Source of the DNA: Caulobacterales bacterium
GTDB lineage: Bacteria > Pseudomonadota > Alphaproteobacteria > Caulobacterales > Aquidulcibacteraceae
Reading direction: 5' to 3'
Length of the DNA stretch: 64,000 nt
Assembly (NCBI GenBank): GCA_017303355.1
Contig: JAFLCU010000016.1
Span: 22,167 to 86,166 of the forward strand
Shown here: positions 1 to 9,148 of the stretch, piece after piece
Layout: every line of letters starts with the position of its first letter
Numbering within the stretch: the stretch's first letter is position 1
Position numbers and translations under genes: made by a program
Notes under the pieces: generated by a model
Told to the model about the DNA's origin: nothing
Database searches by the model: none
The model's input: the letters and a program-made list of their open reading frames with translations, nothing else

Positions 1-963
1 GTGTGTGCGGACGCGCTGCATCGCGGCGGCCATCGCGAGAAGGCGCTTGCGACGTTGGAGCAGGCGCTGCGTCTGGCGCCCGATACGCCGGCATTGCTGA
101 GCGCCTATGGTATAGTGCTCGATGAATTGGATCGCCCGGAAGAGGGGTTGAAAGCGCTGCGCACAGTGGCGCAATTGGCTCCGAATTCTTGGAGCGCCCA
201 GCGCAATTTGTTGTCGACGTTGCTGCGCGCGGGCCGCGCTGACGAAGCGCTGAAAATCGCCCGTGACTTGCGCAACCGCGACCCGGACGAACAATATTTG
301 ATTGCGATCGAAGCGACCGCGCTTCGTATGCTTGGCGACGGCGCCTATGGCATGCTCTATGATTACGATCGTTTCGTGCGCACGTATGAAATCCCCACGC
401 CGCGCGGCTATTTCACGACGGAGAATTTCAACGCGTCGCTGGGCGATGTCCTGCGCGCGCAGCATCGTGCGTTCGCGCATCCGCTGGACCAGCAATTGCA
501 CAATGGGTCGCAGACCAATCGCAGCTTACTGCAATTCAACGATCCCGCGATCAAGGCCTTCACGGGCGCCGTCGAGGGCGCGGTGCGCGACTATATCTCG
601 CGCTTCAAAGTCGAGCAGGCGCATCCGTTCACACGCCGCGTAAGCGAGCGGTTCCGCTATAGCGGGCTCTGGTCGGTGAGACTCGGCGCGGGCGGCTTTC
701 AGCCGAACCATGTGCATGATCGCGGCTGGATCAGTTCCGCCTATTACGTCTCGCTTTTGCCGGCTGAGCGGCCAAACGATCCGCGCCAAGGCTGGCTCAA
801 GCTGGGCGAGCCCAACCGGCCGCCGGCGGGCTGCGGGCCCGAGAAATGGCTTGAGCCCAAACTGGGGACGTTGGTTTTATTTCCCTCCTACATGTGGCAC
901 GGCACAGCCGCGAGCGAAGGCGCTGAACGTCTCAGCGCATCGTTCGATGTAGTCCCAAGCTGA
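1..963 (+). CDS. TPR-repeat protein with C-terminal putative 2OG-Fe(II) oxygenase domain (TIGR02466/PF13759-like); 5' end cut by window
   Basis: ORF is open to the window edge. TPR-like helical repeats are followed by NHVHDRGWISSAYYVS ... LVLFPSYMWHGT ... RLSASFD, the motif set of that family. Clearly paralogous to the C-terminus of 1677-3470. Confidence 0.8.
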   Translation: MCADALHRGGHREKALATLEQALRLAPDTPALLSAYGIVLDELDRPEEGLKALRTVAQLAPNSWSAQRNLLSTLLRAGRADEALKIARDLRNRDPDEQYLIAIEATALRMLGDGAYGMLYDYDRFVRTYEIPTPRGYFTTENFNASLGDVLRAQHRAFAHPLDQQLHNGSQTNRSLLQFNDPAIKAFTGAVEGAVRDYISRFKVEQAHPFTRRVSERFRYSGLWSVRLGAGGFQPNHVHDRGWISSAYYVSLLPAERPNDPRQGWLKLGEPNRPPAGCGPEKWLEPKLGTLVLFPSYMWHGTAASEGAERLSASFDVVPS

Positions 964-973
964 ACACACACCG

Positions 974-1687
974 ATGACCACCGCGCCACGACGATTCTAC
1001 AAAAGCGCGAGCGCTATCGAAGCCGATAGCGGATTTGCGGTCGCCCTGGATGAGCGACGCCTCAAAACGCCGGGAGGCCGCGCCTTCGCCGCACCTACGC
1101 GCGCGCTGGCGCAGGCAATGGCGAGCGAGTGGGATGCGCAAGCCGAACACATCACGCCCGCCAGCATGCCGCTCACGCAACTTGCCTTCGCGGCCGTGGA
1201 TTGGACGGGCGTCAGCCGCGATCAGCGCATCGAGTATGTGCAATCCTTTGCCGTGACCGATCTGTGTTGTCACCGCGCCGATGCGCCCGCCGAATTGGTG
1301 GCGCGCCAAGCCGCGCACTGGGACCCGCTCGTCGCCTGGGGCGCGGTTGAACTGGGCGCAAAATTGGCGGTGGTGACGGGCGTCATCGCCGCCGAGCCGA
1401 GTGCGGAGGCGCTCGGTGCGGTGCAGGAGGCCGCCGCCGCGCTGGATGACTTTCGGCTGACAGCCGTGACGCAAGCGAGCGGCTTATCAGGCTCGGCGCT
1501 GATCGCGTTCGCGCTTCTGCGCGGGCGAATTGATTCAACGCAAGCCTTCGAGGCCGCGGCGTTGGATGATCTCTGGAGCCTTGAGAAATGGGGCGAGGAC
1601 GCGGAGGCGCGCGCGCGTGTGGAGCGGGTGCGTGATGAGTTCATGGCGTTAGGCCGATACATCGAAGCGCTGGCGGATGGCGCCTGA
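974..1687 (+). CDS. ATP12-family F1-ATPase assembly chaperone
   Basis: 237 aa. N-terminus RRFYKSASAIE..GFAVALDERRLKTPGG...LAQAMASEWDAQ is the typical ATP12/ATPAF2 signature. Overlaps the next gene by 11 nt. Confidence 0.85.
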   Translation: MTTAPRRFYKSASAIEADSGFAVALDERRLKTPGGRAFAAPTRALAQAMASEWDAQAEHITPASMPLTQLAFAAVDWTGVSRDQRIEYVQSFAVTDLCCHRADAPAELVARQAAHWDPLVAWGAVELGAKLAVVTGVIAAEPSAEALGAVQEAAAALDDFRLTAVTQASGLSGSALIAFALLRGRIDSTQAFEAAALDDLWSLEKWGEDAEARARVERVRDEFMALGRYIEALADGA

Positions 1688-3470
1688 GGTTGTTCTCCGC
1701 GAAGCCGAGGCGCTGCTGCGCGGCGGCGATGCGCTTGCCGCGGAGCGCAAGCTTGCGACGCTGTGGGCCGATACGCGTGACGCGCCGGGCGCGGCGCTTC
1801 ATTTGCTGGGCCTGATCCGGCTTGGGCAAAAGCGACACGCGGACGCCGAGCGCTTCCTGCGTCGCGCCATCGCCGCGGAGCCAGGTATCGCGCGCCATCA
1901 CGCGGCGCTTGCGGATGTGTTCGCGCAAGCGGGCGTCCACGCCGCCGCCGCCGATGCATACGCCGCCGCCCTCGCTCTCGACCCAGATTTTCCGAATGCG
2001 CGGCAGGCCTACGCGCGGGCGCTATTGGCCGCCGGCAAGAGCGCTGACGCGGAGCGCGAGCTGCGCTATTTGCTGCGCGACGCGCCGAGTGCTGATCTCT
2101 GGGATATGCTTTCGCGCGCGCTGCGGCAGCAGGACAAGCTTGAGCAATCCTTGGAGGCGTCGGACGCCGCTTTGGCGCTCGCGCCAAACAACAATTCTGC
2201 CGTGCACGGCCGCGCGACCGCGCTCTCGCGACTGGGCCGCAATGATGAAGCCATCGCGGCGTTCGATGGTCTTATCGCGCGCGGTGTGCAGGCGCCGCCC
2301 GTGTGGCTGCAGCGCGGCGTGGCGTTGCTCAATCAGACCCGTCACGCTGAAGCGGAGGCCGCGTTCGCGGATGGCGTGAAACGCTGGCCAAGTGATCAGC
2401 ACCTGCACGATGCATTGGCGCATACGCGATGGATGCGCGGGGCCGGCGCCGATTTTGCCCGCGATTTCGAGGCCGCCGTCGCCCGTCAACCGGACTCGAC
2501 GGCGCTTCGCCTCGCGTGCGCGAATCTGTTGCGCCGCGCCGACCAGCGCCAACGCGCCGAGCAGTTGCTGCGCGAAGGTATCACACGCACGCCGGACGAT
2601 CTGTGGCTGCAAATGTCGCTCGGCGTGCTGCTTGATGAACTCGACCGCACAAGCGAGGGACTGCCCTTGCTCCAAAGGGCGCTGACGCGCGCGCCGAACG
2701 TGCTCAATATTCGCGGCGCGGTGGTCAATGCACTGTTACGCCTCGGGCGCGGCGATGAAGCGTTGCGCGAGATCGAGCCCTGCCGCACCGCCGAACCTCT
2801 GAACCAGGAATGGATTTGCTACGAAGGCATGGCGCTGCGCCAACTCGGTGATCCGCGTTACAATGAATTGTGTGACTATGATTTGATGGTGCGGCCGTTC
2901 GATCTGCCGACGCCGCCGGGTTATGGCTCGCTGATGGAATTCAACGCGGCGCTGCGCGAAAGCCTGCTGAGCCTGCACGTGCTGGAAACGCATCCGCTGG
3001 ATCAGTCCTTGCGGCTTGGCTCACAGACCACGCGTTCATTGTTGACCATCGAGGACCCGGTCATTCGCGCTTATCTGGCGGCGCTGCGCGAGCCGATCCT
3101 GGCCTATACTGATCTCATGCGTGCGCCAAACCATCCCTGGAGCGGGCGCAAGACGGGCGGGTACAAGCTCTCGGGCGCCTGGTCGGTGAAGCTCAAGCCC
3201 CAGGGCTATCACATCAATCATTATCACCCGGCGGGCTGGATCAGCTCCGCCTACTACGTTTCCGTGCCCGAGGCAGCCGCTGGCGATGATCAGCAGGGTT
3301 GCATCAAATTCGGTGAAGCACGCTGGCCCACGCCTGGCATAACCACGGAGAAAGTGGTGCGGCCGCAGGTGGGGAGACTGGTTCTCTTTCCCTCCTATAT
3401 GTGGCACGGGACGATCCCGTTCTTGGAGGGGGAACGCATCACGGCGCCGTTCGACGCGCTGCCGGCCTGA
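1677..3470 (+). CDS. TPR-repeat protein with C-terminal putative 2OG-Fe(II) oxygenase domain (TIGR02466/PF13759-like)
   Basis: 597 aa. Long TPR region, then INHYHPAGWISSAYYVS ... LVLFPSYMWHGT ... RITAPFD. Paralogue of 1-963. Confidence 0.85.
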   Translation: MAPEVVLREAEALLRGGDALAAERKLATLWADTRDAPGAALHLLGLIRLGQKRHADAERFLRRAIAAEPGIARHHAALADVFAQAGVHAAAADAYAAALALDPDFPNARQAYARALLAAGKSADAERELRYLLRDAPSADLWDMLSRALRQQDKLEQSLEASDAALALAPNNNSAVHGRATALSRLGRNDEAIAAFDGLIARGVQAPPVWLQRGVALLNQTRHAEAEAAFADGVKRWPSDQHLHDALAHTRWMRGAGADFARDFEAAVARQPDSTALRLACANLLRRADQRQRAEQLLREGITRTPDDLWLQMSLGVLLDELDRTSEGLPLLQRALTRAPNVLNIRGAVVNALLRLGRGDEALREIEPCRTAEPLNQEWICYEGMALRQLGDPRYNELCDYDLMVRPFDLPTPPGYGSLMEFNAALRESLLSLHVLETHPLDQSLRLGSQTTRSLLTIEDPVIRAYLAALREPILAYTDLMRAPNHPWSGRKTGGYKLSGAWSVKLKPQGYHINHYHPAGWISSAYYVSVPEAAAGDDQQGCIKFGEARWPTPGITTEKVVRPQVGRLVLFPSYMWHGTIPFLEGERITAPFDALPA

Positions 3471-3493
3471 AGCGCGAAAAATTTGGAGATGGC

Positions 3494-4252
3494 ATGGATA
3501 CGGACGCGATTTTAACCGAGGCGGAAAGCGCCCTCCGCGGCGGCGATCTAAATGCCGCGGAGGCGGTGCTGACGAGGTCGTGGCCGGACATCGCGAAGAT
3601 GCCGGGCGATGCGTTGCACCTGCTGGCGGACATTCGCTTTCGAAGCGGTAAAGCGGCCGATGCGGAGAGTTTGCTGCGCGCGGCGACCAAGGTGGAGCCG
3701 GATTCTCAACGACACCACATTGCACTCGGCCACACCCTCGCGTCGGCTGGGAATTTCAAGGCGGCGTGCGAATCCTATCGGCGCGCGCTGCAGATCAACG
3801 AGGCTTGGCCAGGTCTTTTGCGGACACTGTCGCAGACCGCGCTGGACGCCGGCGACTTGGTCGAGGCTGAGCGCGCTGCTCGCCGTCTTATCGACACCGC
3901 GCCCACGGCGATGGCGTGGAGCGCCTTGTCCAGCGCGCTGCGTGCGCAAGCCAAAGGCGCGGAAGCGTTGGCGGCGGCCGATGAGGGGATTCGCCTCGAG
4001 CCGAACGAGCGGTCGGTCCAGCATAGCCGTGGCGCGAGCTTGCTTATGGTTGGGCGCGCGGCGGAGGCTCTGACCATCTTCCAGGAACTCGTTGCCAACG
4101 GTGTGCGCGAGCCGGTTCTGTCGGTCAATCACGGGACCGCTTTGTTGATGCTGGGGCGTCGCAGCGAGGCTGATGCTGTGTTTGACGACGCGTTGAAGCG
4201 TTGGCCGCACGCGCCGAACCTGCGCGCGCAGATTGCTGCCCGGCGCCGCTAG
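3494..4252 (+). CDS. TPR-repeat protein (no oxygenase domain)
   Basis: ATG at 3494 preceded by GGAGA. N-terminus MDTDAILTEAESALRGGDLNAAE parallels MAPEVVLREAEALLRGGDALAAE of the upstream paralogue. TPR only, then stop. Confidence 0.75.
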   Translation: MDTDAILTEAESALRGGDLNAAEAVLTRSWPDIAKMPGDALHLLADIRFRSGKAADAESLLRAATKVEPDSQRHHIALGHTLASAGNFKAACESYRRALQINEAWPGLLRTLSQTALDAGDLVEAERAARRLIDTAPTAMAWSALSSALRAQAKGAEALAAADEGIRLEPNERSVQHSRGASLLMVGRAAEALTIFQELVANGVREPVLSVNHGTALLMLGRRSEADAVFDDALKRWPHAPNLRAQIAARRR

Positions 4253-4323
4253 GGCGGGTGCTTGCTAGGGGCGGCGCGCACGGCTAACCCGGTTCCACGA
4301 CCGAACTGGGGAGCCTGCCGCTC

Positions 4324-5856
<1,533 letters not shown>

Positions 5857-5957
5857 GGGGTGTTTTCCGGCCTGCCGGGCTGAGGCGCGACGAAGCGCGC
5901 TCGTTCTGCGATGGGGCGGGGTCGCAAGCGTGGTTTGTGGCGCATAGGTTCTCGCGC

Positions 5958-6491
5958 ATGCGCTGCTGGTTTCTCGCCGCCCTGATGCTCACGCTCGCCG
6001 CGTGCGAAGCGCCGCGCCAAAGCGCAGAGCAAACGCCGCCGGCGTCAGAAGCGCTGCTGACAGGCCGCTATGTGCCGTCCTCGGATACAGCGCTGCATTA
6101 TACCGGCGGCGTCACCGTTGAGCGGGCGGGTCTCGTATTCGACAAAGGCGCCATCCTTTACACGCGCGCTCTCGATCCGCGCAGCGGCTACGACTTGACC
6201 GCACTCGGCGGCGATTCATACGCGGCGATCGTGTTGGGCCCATCCGACCTCACCATCGAGTTGCGGCGCGTTACACAACAAGTGCTGCGCGAAGGCGCGC
6301 CGAGCCTCTGCGGCGAGAGCCGTCCCGAATACGTGGCGCTGGCTTACGAGGCGCGCGCACGCACGATCACGCTGTTGGTATTCACCGGTGATGAACCGCC
6401 CGGTCCGCAGGCAACGCAGAGCCGCCTTTGCGCGACCTTTGGTTATGCGGCGCCCGATGGCGCGCGCACGCGGGAGGGTGTGGTGCTCTAA
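5958..6491 (+). CDS. hypothetical lipoprotein
   Basis: Internal Met followed by MRCWFLAALMLTLAAC (signal peptide plus LAAC lipobox). The start was placed by arithmetic on the ORF-track frame. No recognisable domain. Confidence 0.55.
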   Translation: MRCWFLAALMLTLAACEAPRQSAEQTPPASEALLTGRYVPSSDTALHYTGGVTVERAGLVFDKGAILYTRALDPRSGYDLTALGGDSYAAIVLGPSDLTIELRRVTQQVLREGAPSLCGESRPEYVALAYEARARTITLLVFTGDEPPGPQATQSRLCATFGYAAPDGARTREGVVL

Positions 6492-6983
6492 CTATTCTGG
6501 CGGCTTGCCGAATGGATTGGTCGGATCGCCAAGCTCATAGAATTCGGCGCCCTTGGTGGTTTGCATTTGCAGATAGCGTTTGCCGAGTTCGGGGTAGTCG
6601 ACGACATCGATCGGCTTGTCCTCGCCGCCCATCAGATAGACGCATTCATCTTCGAAGCTGTTGCGCAGGAGATGCGGTGCTGACGGCGTGGCGAAGCCCA
6701 TGAAGTCGCCGGCGCTGACTTCGGTTTCCTTGCCGTCGATGACGGCGATGGCGCGCCCGGAGAGAATGTAGAGCCATTCCTCCTCAAGCATGTGCGCATG
6801 ATAGGCGAAGCTCTCCTTGCCGGGCGGTAGGCGCACCAAGCTCACATGCGCACGGCTCATGCCGGCGAGGCGCGAGAGGCCGGCGGCGCGGAAGAGCGAG
6901 TTCGGGTTGAGCTTCTGTGTGAACGGCCGCAGCGCTGGTTGGATTTCACCCGCGCGCCAGAGCGCTTTTTTCGACTCAGCCAT
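6492..6983 (-). CDS. cupin-domain protein
   Basis: 163 aa. G-x5-H-x-H...E style cupin core (PPGKESFAYHAHMLEEEWLYILSG ... GDFMGF). Confidence 0.75.
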   Translation of the reverse strand: MAESKKALWRAGEIQPALRPFTQKLNPNSLFRAAGLSRLAGMSRAHVSLVRLPPGKESFAYHAHMLEEEWLYILSGRAIAVIDGKETEVSAGDFMGFATPSAPHLLRNSFEDECVYLMGGEDKPIDVVDYPELGKRYLQMQTTKGAEFYELGDPTNPFGKPPE

Positions 6984-7033
6984 AGGTCACCTCGCGTGGA
7001 AATCTAAACCACACCGGCGCGCTTGGGCGATAA

Positions 7034-7777
7034 TCAGAACCGAACAGGCTCGTACGGGCGCCATTCTCCGCTCAGCAGCAATTCAAGCGGCTGGAATTGC
7101 GCCTTGTAGTCCATCTTCTCGGAATTTGGGATCCAATAGCCGAGATAGAGGTGGGCAAAGCCTGCGGCGCGCGCCTGCTGGAGGTGATCGAGGATCGTGT
7201 AGATGCCGAGGCTGCGGCGGCCTTCGCGGGGATCAAAGAACGAATAGACCATGGAGAGCCCGTCACCGAGCACATCGACCAGCGCCGCGCCCGCGAGTTC
7301 GCCCTTGTCCGACCCCGCCGTGTAGCGATACTCGACGATGTGGGTGTGGACCGCCGTTTCCTCCACCATCGCCGCGAAATCGGAGAAGGACATGTCCGCC
7401 ATGCCGCCATCGGCGTGGCGTGAACTCAGATACCGGCGCAGCAGCCAAAATTGTTCTTCGGTCGCTTTCGCCGGTTTCAGCGCGCGCAATAGATCGGCGT
7501 TGCGCGCCATGATCTTGCGCCAGCGCCGCGTGAACTCGAATTTATCAACGACAACGCGTGCGGAGATGCACGCATCGCAAGATTCACAGGATGGGCGGTA
7601 GGCGATGTTTTGCGAACGGCGGAAACCCGCATGGGTCAGCACGTCGTGCAAGCCTTCGGCATCCAGGCCATCGAGCGCGGTGAAGACTTTGCGCTCGCGC
7701 TTGCCCGGCAAATACGGGCACGGCGAAGGCGCCGTCAGAAAGAACCGCAGGTTCTTGGTTGGAAATGGCTTGGTCAC
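7034..7777 (-). CDS. bpt: arginyltransferase-family aminoacyl-tRNA-protein transferase (Bpt, Asp/Glu leucyltransferase)
   Basis: 247 aa. N-terminal CPYLPG...E and CxxC motifs, and a C-terminal ATE_C-like YLGYWI block. Confidence 0.85.
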   Translation of the reverse strand: MTKPFPTKNLRFFLTAPSPCPYLPGKRERKVFTALDGLDAEGLHDVLTHAGFRRSQNIAYRPSCESCDACISARVVVDKFEFTRRWRKIMARNADLLRALKPAKATEEQFWLLRRYLSSRHADGGMADMSFSDFAAMVEETAVHTHIVEYRYTAGSDKGELAGAALVDVLGDGLSMVYSFFDPREGRRSLGIYTILDHLQQARAAGFAHLYLGYWIPNSEKMDYKAQFQPLELLLSGEWRPYEPVRF

Positions 7778-7999
7778 GAGAGACCCATGGTCGCCGAACC
7801 TTTCCGATCGTCAAGACGGCGCACGCATTGCGCGGCGCCCCGCTTAACAAAGCCTTGCGCCATAACCGCCGTTACGCCGCCGCACTAAAAATGTCGCAAG
7901 ACACGCCTTTAACGCTCCCATCTGGGGAAAACTTTGCTACCATACCGCCATTGCCGTTCGGTCTGGGGGAACGTTCGGCCGGAAACAGAGGAGGGCGCC

Positions 8000-8224
8000 A
8001 TGGCGCAACCTGTGACGGCCATTCTCGCACGCCAAGGCGAACTGGCCGAAAAAGCATTGGAATTCACCGGCGACGCCAATGAGGCGGGGCTGCTGGTTGG
8101 CAGGGTCATGGGCCACGCCTTTGATGCGTTCCACGACAATGTTCCAGAAGACGTGCTTGCGCGCGCGATGCGGCGTGAACTGGATCGCATGATCGAGCAA
8201 TTGCGGGTGTCGGCGCGCGCTTAG
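8000..8224 (+). CDS. hypothetical small protein (74 aa)
   Basis: ATG at 8000 preceded by GGAGG at 7990-7994. No recognisable domain. Its stop codon overlaps the msrB stop on the other strand. Confidence 0.45.
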   Translation: MAQPVTAILARQGELAEKALEFTGDANEAGLLVGRVMGHAFDAFHDNVPEDVLARAMRRELDRMIEQLRVSARA

Positions 8225-8685
8225 AGGTGTTCGCTGCGTTCCAATGGGTCGGGCAACGCATCGCCGTCAGGGACAAAGCTCAGCGACGCGGAATTGATAC
8301 AATACCGCAAACCCGTGGGCCGCGGGCCGTCGGGAAACACGTGGCCCTGGTGGCTGTCACACCGCGCGCAGCGCGTTTCGATCCGGCGCATGCCGTAGGA
8401 ATTGTCCTCGATGCTGATCACGTGCGCCGGATCATGCGGGCCGGTGAAGCTGGGCCAGCCGGTGCCGCTCTCAAATTTGGCGTCCTGACGGAACAACGGC
8501 AGCCCGCAGAGGCGGCAGCAATAGACGCCCGGCTTTTTCTGATTGAGCAGGCCGCCGCAGAACGGCGCCTCGGTGCCATGATGCAGCAGCACGCGGCGCT
8601 CTTCGTCGTTGAGATCGGCCTCCAAGCGCAGACGATCGCTGTCGCTGGGCGGCGTGAGGTCGAAACCGGTTTGGGAAAGGGTCAT
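8221..8685 (-). CDS. msrB: peptide-methionine (R)-S-oxide reductase
   Basis: CxxC...CxxC zinc motifs (CCRLCG, RCARCDSHQGH) and catalytic RYCINS. ATG at 8685 with AGGA upstream is preferred over the TTG at 8712. Confidence 0.9.
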   Translation of the reverse strand: MTLSQTGFDLTPPSDSDRLRLEADLNDEERRVLLHHGTEAPFCGGLLNQKKPGVYCCRLCGLPLFRQDAKFESGTGWPSFTGPHDPAHVISIEDNSYGMRRIETRCARCDSHQGHVFPDGPRPTGLRYCINSASLSFVPDGDALPDPLERSEHL

Positions 8686-8734
8686 GAGACTATCCTGGGG
8701 AGCGGACCCCAATTCGTCCAGACCGGCGCGCTGG

Positions 8735-9148
8735 TTACACCACGGTCTCGCGGTCGCCGTAGAGCTTGGCCAGATGCGTCATCAGACTTTGAGCGCCGGC
8801 GCGGATTTGCTCGTCGGTGAATTTGGTGCGGAGCTGGCGCGTCGCGTCTGCGAGACCCTTGGGTTCGAAGCTCAGCTTGCGGCGGTGCTTCTTGGCGATG
8901 TGTTCGATCAGCAGATCGGCTTTCTCGGTGGCGGGCGCCATGATCGGTTTGAGCGCCGCTTCCAGTTCCCGAACCAACGGATCGCCCTTGGGTTTCGCGG
9001 GCGTTTTCTTTTTCGCAGGCAGCGTAGCGGCCAGAAGCGAGCGATCGGAGTGCGCGCGCGCGAGTTCAAACAGCCGCTTCAATTCGGCGCGCGATCTGCG
9101 CTGACCGATCTGGCGCAGCAGCTTTGCGTCATCGGCCGACAGCTTCAT
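8735..9148 (-). CDS. hypothetical basic alpha-helical protein, partner of the TIR-ParA gene
   Basis: 137 aa, Lys/Arg-rich (RQIGQRRSRAELKR, LPAKKKTPAKPKGDP). Its ATG overlaps the stop of the upstream gene (ATGA at 9145-9148). No domain recognised. Confidence 0.7.
   Translation of the reverse strand: MKLSADDAKLLRQIGQRRSRAELKRLFELARAHSDRSLLAATLPAKKKTPAKPKGDPLVRELEAALKPIMAPATEKADLLIEHIAKKHRRKLSFEPKGLADATRQLRTKFTDEQIRAGAQSLMTHLAKLYGDRETVV

Noticed and set aside
7925-7993. GGAAC-containing sequences upstream of the 8000-8224 sORF, considered as an EcfG/ECF-type promoter (GGAAC-N16-17-CGTT)
   Set aside because: The spacing does not fit: it is 22 nt for the first candidate, and there is no CGTT at the right distance for the second.
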